Assembly: GCA_007135295.1 (NCBI GenBank)
Contig: SLJD01000366.1
Span: forward strand, 1-26,712
From: Phycisphaerales bacterium
GTDB taxonomy: Bacteria > Planctomycetota > Phycisphaerae > Phycisphaerales > SM1A02
Reading direction: 5' to 3'
DNA: 26,712 bases
Below, piece by piece: positions 24,203 to 26,712 of the stretch. The notes below the pieces were generated by a model that was not told where the DNA came from, made no database searches, and was given only the letters and a program-made list of their open reading frames with translations. How positions within the stretch are numbered: the first letter of the stretch is position 1; each line of letters begins with the position of its first letter. The position numbers and the translations under genes are program-made.

Positions 24203-25327
24203 TCAACCGTTTCGTCGGGCAAAGTCGGCCATGAACTCCGCAAGCGTGCGGCAGCCGGCTTCCGGAAACGCGTTGTAGATCGAGGCCCGCAGCCCCCCGG
24301 CGTCGCGATGACCTTTCAGACCGTCCATGTCGTTCGCCGCCGCTTCATCAAGGAAACGGGCGTCAAGTTCGTCGCTCGGCGTGCGGAACGAGACGTTCAT
24401 GACGCTGCGGCAGTCGGCTCGGGCCACGCCCCGGTAGAAACCGCCGGACTGATCGATTGCATCATACAGATACGACGCCTTGCGTTCATTGATCCGTTCG
24501 ATGCCTTCGAGGCCGCCCTGATCGAGCAGCCATTTGAAGACCTGGCCCATGATGTAGATGCCGAAGGTCGGCGGCGTGTTGACGCGCGAGCCGCCCTTGG
24601 CGTGCTTGCGGTAGTCAAGCATGGTCGGCAGGCCTTCGCGGCCCTGCTCCATGAAATCCTTGCGGATGATCACGAGCGTGACGCCTGACGGACCGAGGTT
24701 CTTCTGCGCCCCGGCGTAGATCAGCGTGTGGCGGTCGATGTCGATCGGCCGGCTGAACATTTCCGAGCTCGCATCGCAGACCAGCGGGGCGTCGGTGTTT
24801 GGTGGCGTCAGGTACCGCGTGCCGTAGATCGTATTGTTCGAGCAGTAATGCAGGAAGGCGGCGTTGTCACTCAGCGACAGTTCCTCGTCGGTCGGGACGT
24901 GGTCGTACTGGTGCCTGGAGCCGTCGAAGGCGACGTTCACATCGCCGAACAGTCGGGCCTCCTTGATCGCCTTGCTCGCCCATACGCCGGTGTCGGGATA
25001 ATCCGCGACGCGCCCCTCGGTCAGAAAGTTCATGGGGATCATGGCGAACTGCATCGTCGCCCCGCCCTGAAGGAACAGCACGGAATAATCGTCGGAAATG
25101 TTGGCGAGTTTGCGGCAGTCGGCCTCGGCCTCTTCAATGACGCGATCGAACACCGGCCCGCGGTGGCTGTGTTCCATGATGCCGATGCCCGTGCCGTCGA
25201 TCGACCACAGGTCGGCCTGCGCCTGGCGAAGGACCGCTTCGGGCAGGATGGCCGGGCCGGCGGAGAAATTCAGCGTCCGCCGCGTTTCAGGAGCGGCCTG
25301 CGTCGTGCTGGATGGGGCGGTGGTCAT
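24203..25327 (-). CDS. serC: Phosphoserine aminotransferase, 374 aa
   Basis: NFSAGPA, EHSHRG, LQGGAT, YAGAQKNLGPSG (PLP lysine), NTPP and GHR..GG.RASIYNA. AGGA precedes the ATG at 25327. Confidence 0.96.
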   Translation of the reverse strand: MTTAPSSTTQAAPETRRTLNFSAGPAILPEAVLRQAQADLWSIDGTGIGIMEHSHRGPVFDRVIEEAEADCRKLANISDDYSVLFLQGGATMQFAMIPMNFLTEGRVADYPDTGVWASKAIKEARLFGDVNVAFDGSRHQYDHVPTDEELSLSDNAAFLHYCSNNTIYGTRYLTPPNTDAPLVCDASSEMFSRPIDIDRHTLIYAGAQKNLGPSGVTLVIIRKDFMEQGREGLPTMLDYRKHAKGGSRVNTPPTFGIYIMGQVFKWLLDQGGLEGIERINERKASYLYDAIDQSGGFYRGVARADCRSVMNVSFRTPSDELDARFLDEAAANDMDGLKGHRDAGGLRASIYNAFPEAGCRTLAEFMADFARRNG

Positions 25328-25390
25328 GGCGGTGATCCTGTTCAATCGGCGATGAATATCAGGGGACTCGTCGGCGGCCTCACGCGGCGT

Positions 25391-26665
25391 TCAGTCGCGG
25401 ATGCGCTTCAGCGAGACACTGAGCACGTTGTCATTGGCGCGAATCGCGTTGAGGTGTTCAAGCTCCAGCGTGTCGTCGAGCTGGATCCGCGCGCACGCCG
25501 CGAGTGCGCCTTCATAGATCACGTTCTCCATTTCCTCGACGTTGATACCCGCCTGGCCGAGCGTGTAGAACACATGCGCGAGCACGCCGGGCCGGTTGAG
25601 GTGCCGGACCGTCAGCAGGTTCGTCGCCGGGGTCTGCGCGGCGCGGTTGACGCAGTTGGGCACCTCGCCCCGAAGCTTGTACGACTCGATGATGCGGACG
25701 GCCTCGGCGGCGATGGCCTGCTGGGCCTGGTTCGTCGACGCGCCGACGTGATGCGTGCCGTACACCCCCGGTTCGCGCACGATCGGGTCGCTGAATTCGC
25801 CTGTGGATGACCCCGGCTCGTCGGCGAAGACGTCCAGCCCGGCCCGCACGCCTTTCTCGTGAATCGCTTCGGCGAGCGCGTGATGATCGATGACGCTGCC
25901 GCGACTTGTGTTGACAACGTATGCCCCCGGTTTGAGCGCAGCGCAGAACTTCGGCCCGATGATCTTCTCGGTGTCGTCGTTGGCGGCAATGTTGATGGAG
26001 ATGACGTCCGCGACCTTGGCGAGGTTGACGAGCTTCGAGCAGTAATCGATGCCGAGCCGGTTCGCTTCTTCCTCGGTCAGACTGCGTGACCACGCCGCGA
26101 CGCGCATCCCGAACGCCCTGGCCCGGGCAGCCACTTCCCGGCCGATCTGTCCGAGGCCGACGATGCCCAGCGTCCGGCCGGCCAGCCCTTCGGCCTGACT
26201 GTATTCTTTCTTGTTCCACGTTCCCGCCCGCAGATCAGCCGTCTGATCGGGCACGCGCCGGTCGCAACTGAGGATCAACGCCCACGTCAGTTCCGCGACG
26301 GCGATGGAATTCTTCCCCGGGCAGTTCGCGACGAACACGCCCTGCGAGGACGCCGTTTCGACATCGATCGTGTCATAGCCGGCCCCCGCCCGAACGACGA
26401 GACTGAGACCGCTTCCCGCGTCGAAGACTTCCTGCGTGACCTTCGTCGAACGGACGACAAGGACTTCCGGGTCCTGCTCAGCGACCGCGGTGACCAGCGA
26501 ATCGCCGGCCAGATCCGGCTCACACGTGACGGCGCAGTCGATCCGCTCCAGCGCCGCGATGCCCGACGCTTCGAACTTGTCGGCCACAAGCACCGACATC
26601 GGGGTGGTTCGGCTGAGTTCTTGGATCTTCGGCTCAGACTCGGTGGTGCTGGTTTCGCTGGTCAT
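25391..26665 (-). CDS. serA: D-3-phosphoglycerate dehydrogenase with C-terminal ACT domain
   Basis: RAGAGYDTID, GIVGLGQIG, NTSRG, LDVF..EP and HHVGAST; ACT domain HLNRPGVLA; directly upstream of serC. Confidence 0.85.
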   Translation of the reverse strand: MTSETSTTESEPKIQELSRTTPMSVLVADKFEASGIAALERIDCAVTCEPDLAGDSLVTAVAEQDPEVLVVRSTKVTQEVFDAGSGLSLVVRAGAGYDTIDVETASSQGVFVANCPGKNSIAVAELTWALILSCDRRVPDQTADLRAGTWNKKEYSQAEGLAGRTLGIVGLGQIGREVAARARAFGMRVAAWSRSLTEEEANRLGIDYCSKLVNLAKVADVISINIAANDDTEKIIGPKFCAALKPGAYVVNTSRGSVIDHHALAEAIHEKGVRAGLDVFADEPGSSTGEFSDPIVREPGVYGTHHVGASTNQAQQAIAAEAVRIIESYKLRGEVPNCVNRAAQTPATNLLTVRHLNRPGVLAHVFYTLGQAGINVEEMENVIYEGALAACARIQLDDTLELEHLNAIRANDNVLSVSLKRIRD

Positions 26666-26671
26666 GCGCGT

Positions 26672-26677
26672 AGTGTA
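26672..26677 (-). promoter_or_regulatory. Putative -10 (TACACT) for a leaderless serA-serC transcript
   Basis: The minus strand reads TACACT-ACGCGC-ATG, with the ATG at 26665. Confidence 0.6.
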
Positions 26678-26712
26678 TCCGCCAGCCGCCGGATCACGGC
26701 GGGGGAATCCCG

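Noticed and set aside
12986-26589. Numerous 100-380 aa antisense and alternate-frame ORFs over the TPR, wzc, wecA, serC and serA genes
   Set aside because: They fully overlap motif-supported genes, are Arg/Pro/Ala-rich and have no domains, as expected for shadow ORFs in high-GC DNA.

Overview
GC-rich, gene-dense bacterial window with no CRISPR array, transposase, integrase or phage gene visible. The gene families suggest Planctomycetota, probably Phycisphaerae (inference, not a database result). Left part: an acidic, disordered tail-anchored protein, trmB, a zinc-ribbon membrane protein, a stand-alone double ClpX-type zinc finger next to an orphan HAMP histidine kinase, mgtE, tRNA-Arg(CCU), a candidate ~176-nt structured small RNA, and lipA. 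Centre (9380-22702): a co-directional exosortase/exopolysaccharide locus with an OPX/Wza-like lipoprotein, exosortase, EpsI, a 1579-aa membrane-anchored PrsT-like TPR protein, a Wzc-like co-polymerase, an SDR sugar epimerase/decarboxylase and a WecA-type initiating transferase. Right part: an LMW phosphatase plus fructosamine-3-kinase homologue, convergent with serA-serC. Best leads: (1) the Wzc-like protein has Thr in place of the Walker A Lys and almost no tyrosine cluster; (2) the adjacent LMW-PTP may belong to a deglycation module rather than act as Wzb; (3) four genes share the same TAnnnT-N6-ATG geometry, indicating leaderless transcription; (4) the unannotated structured RNA between tRNA-Arg and lipA; (5) the zinc-finger/orphan-kinase pair. 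All calls come from reading motifs by eye; no searches or folding programs were run.
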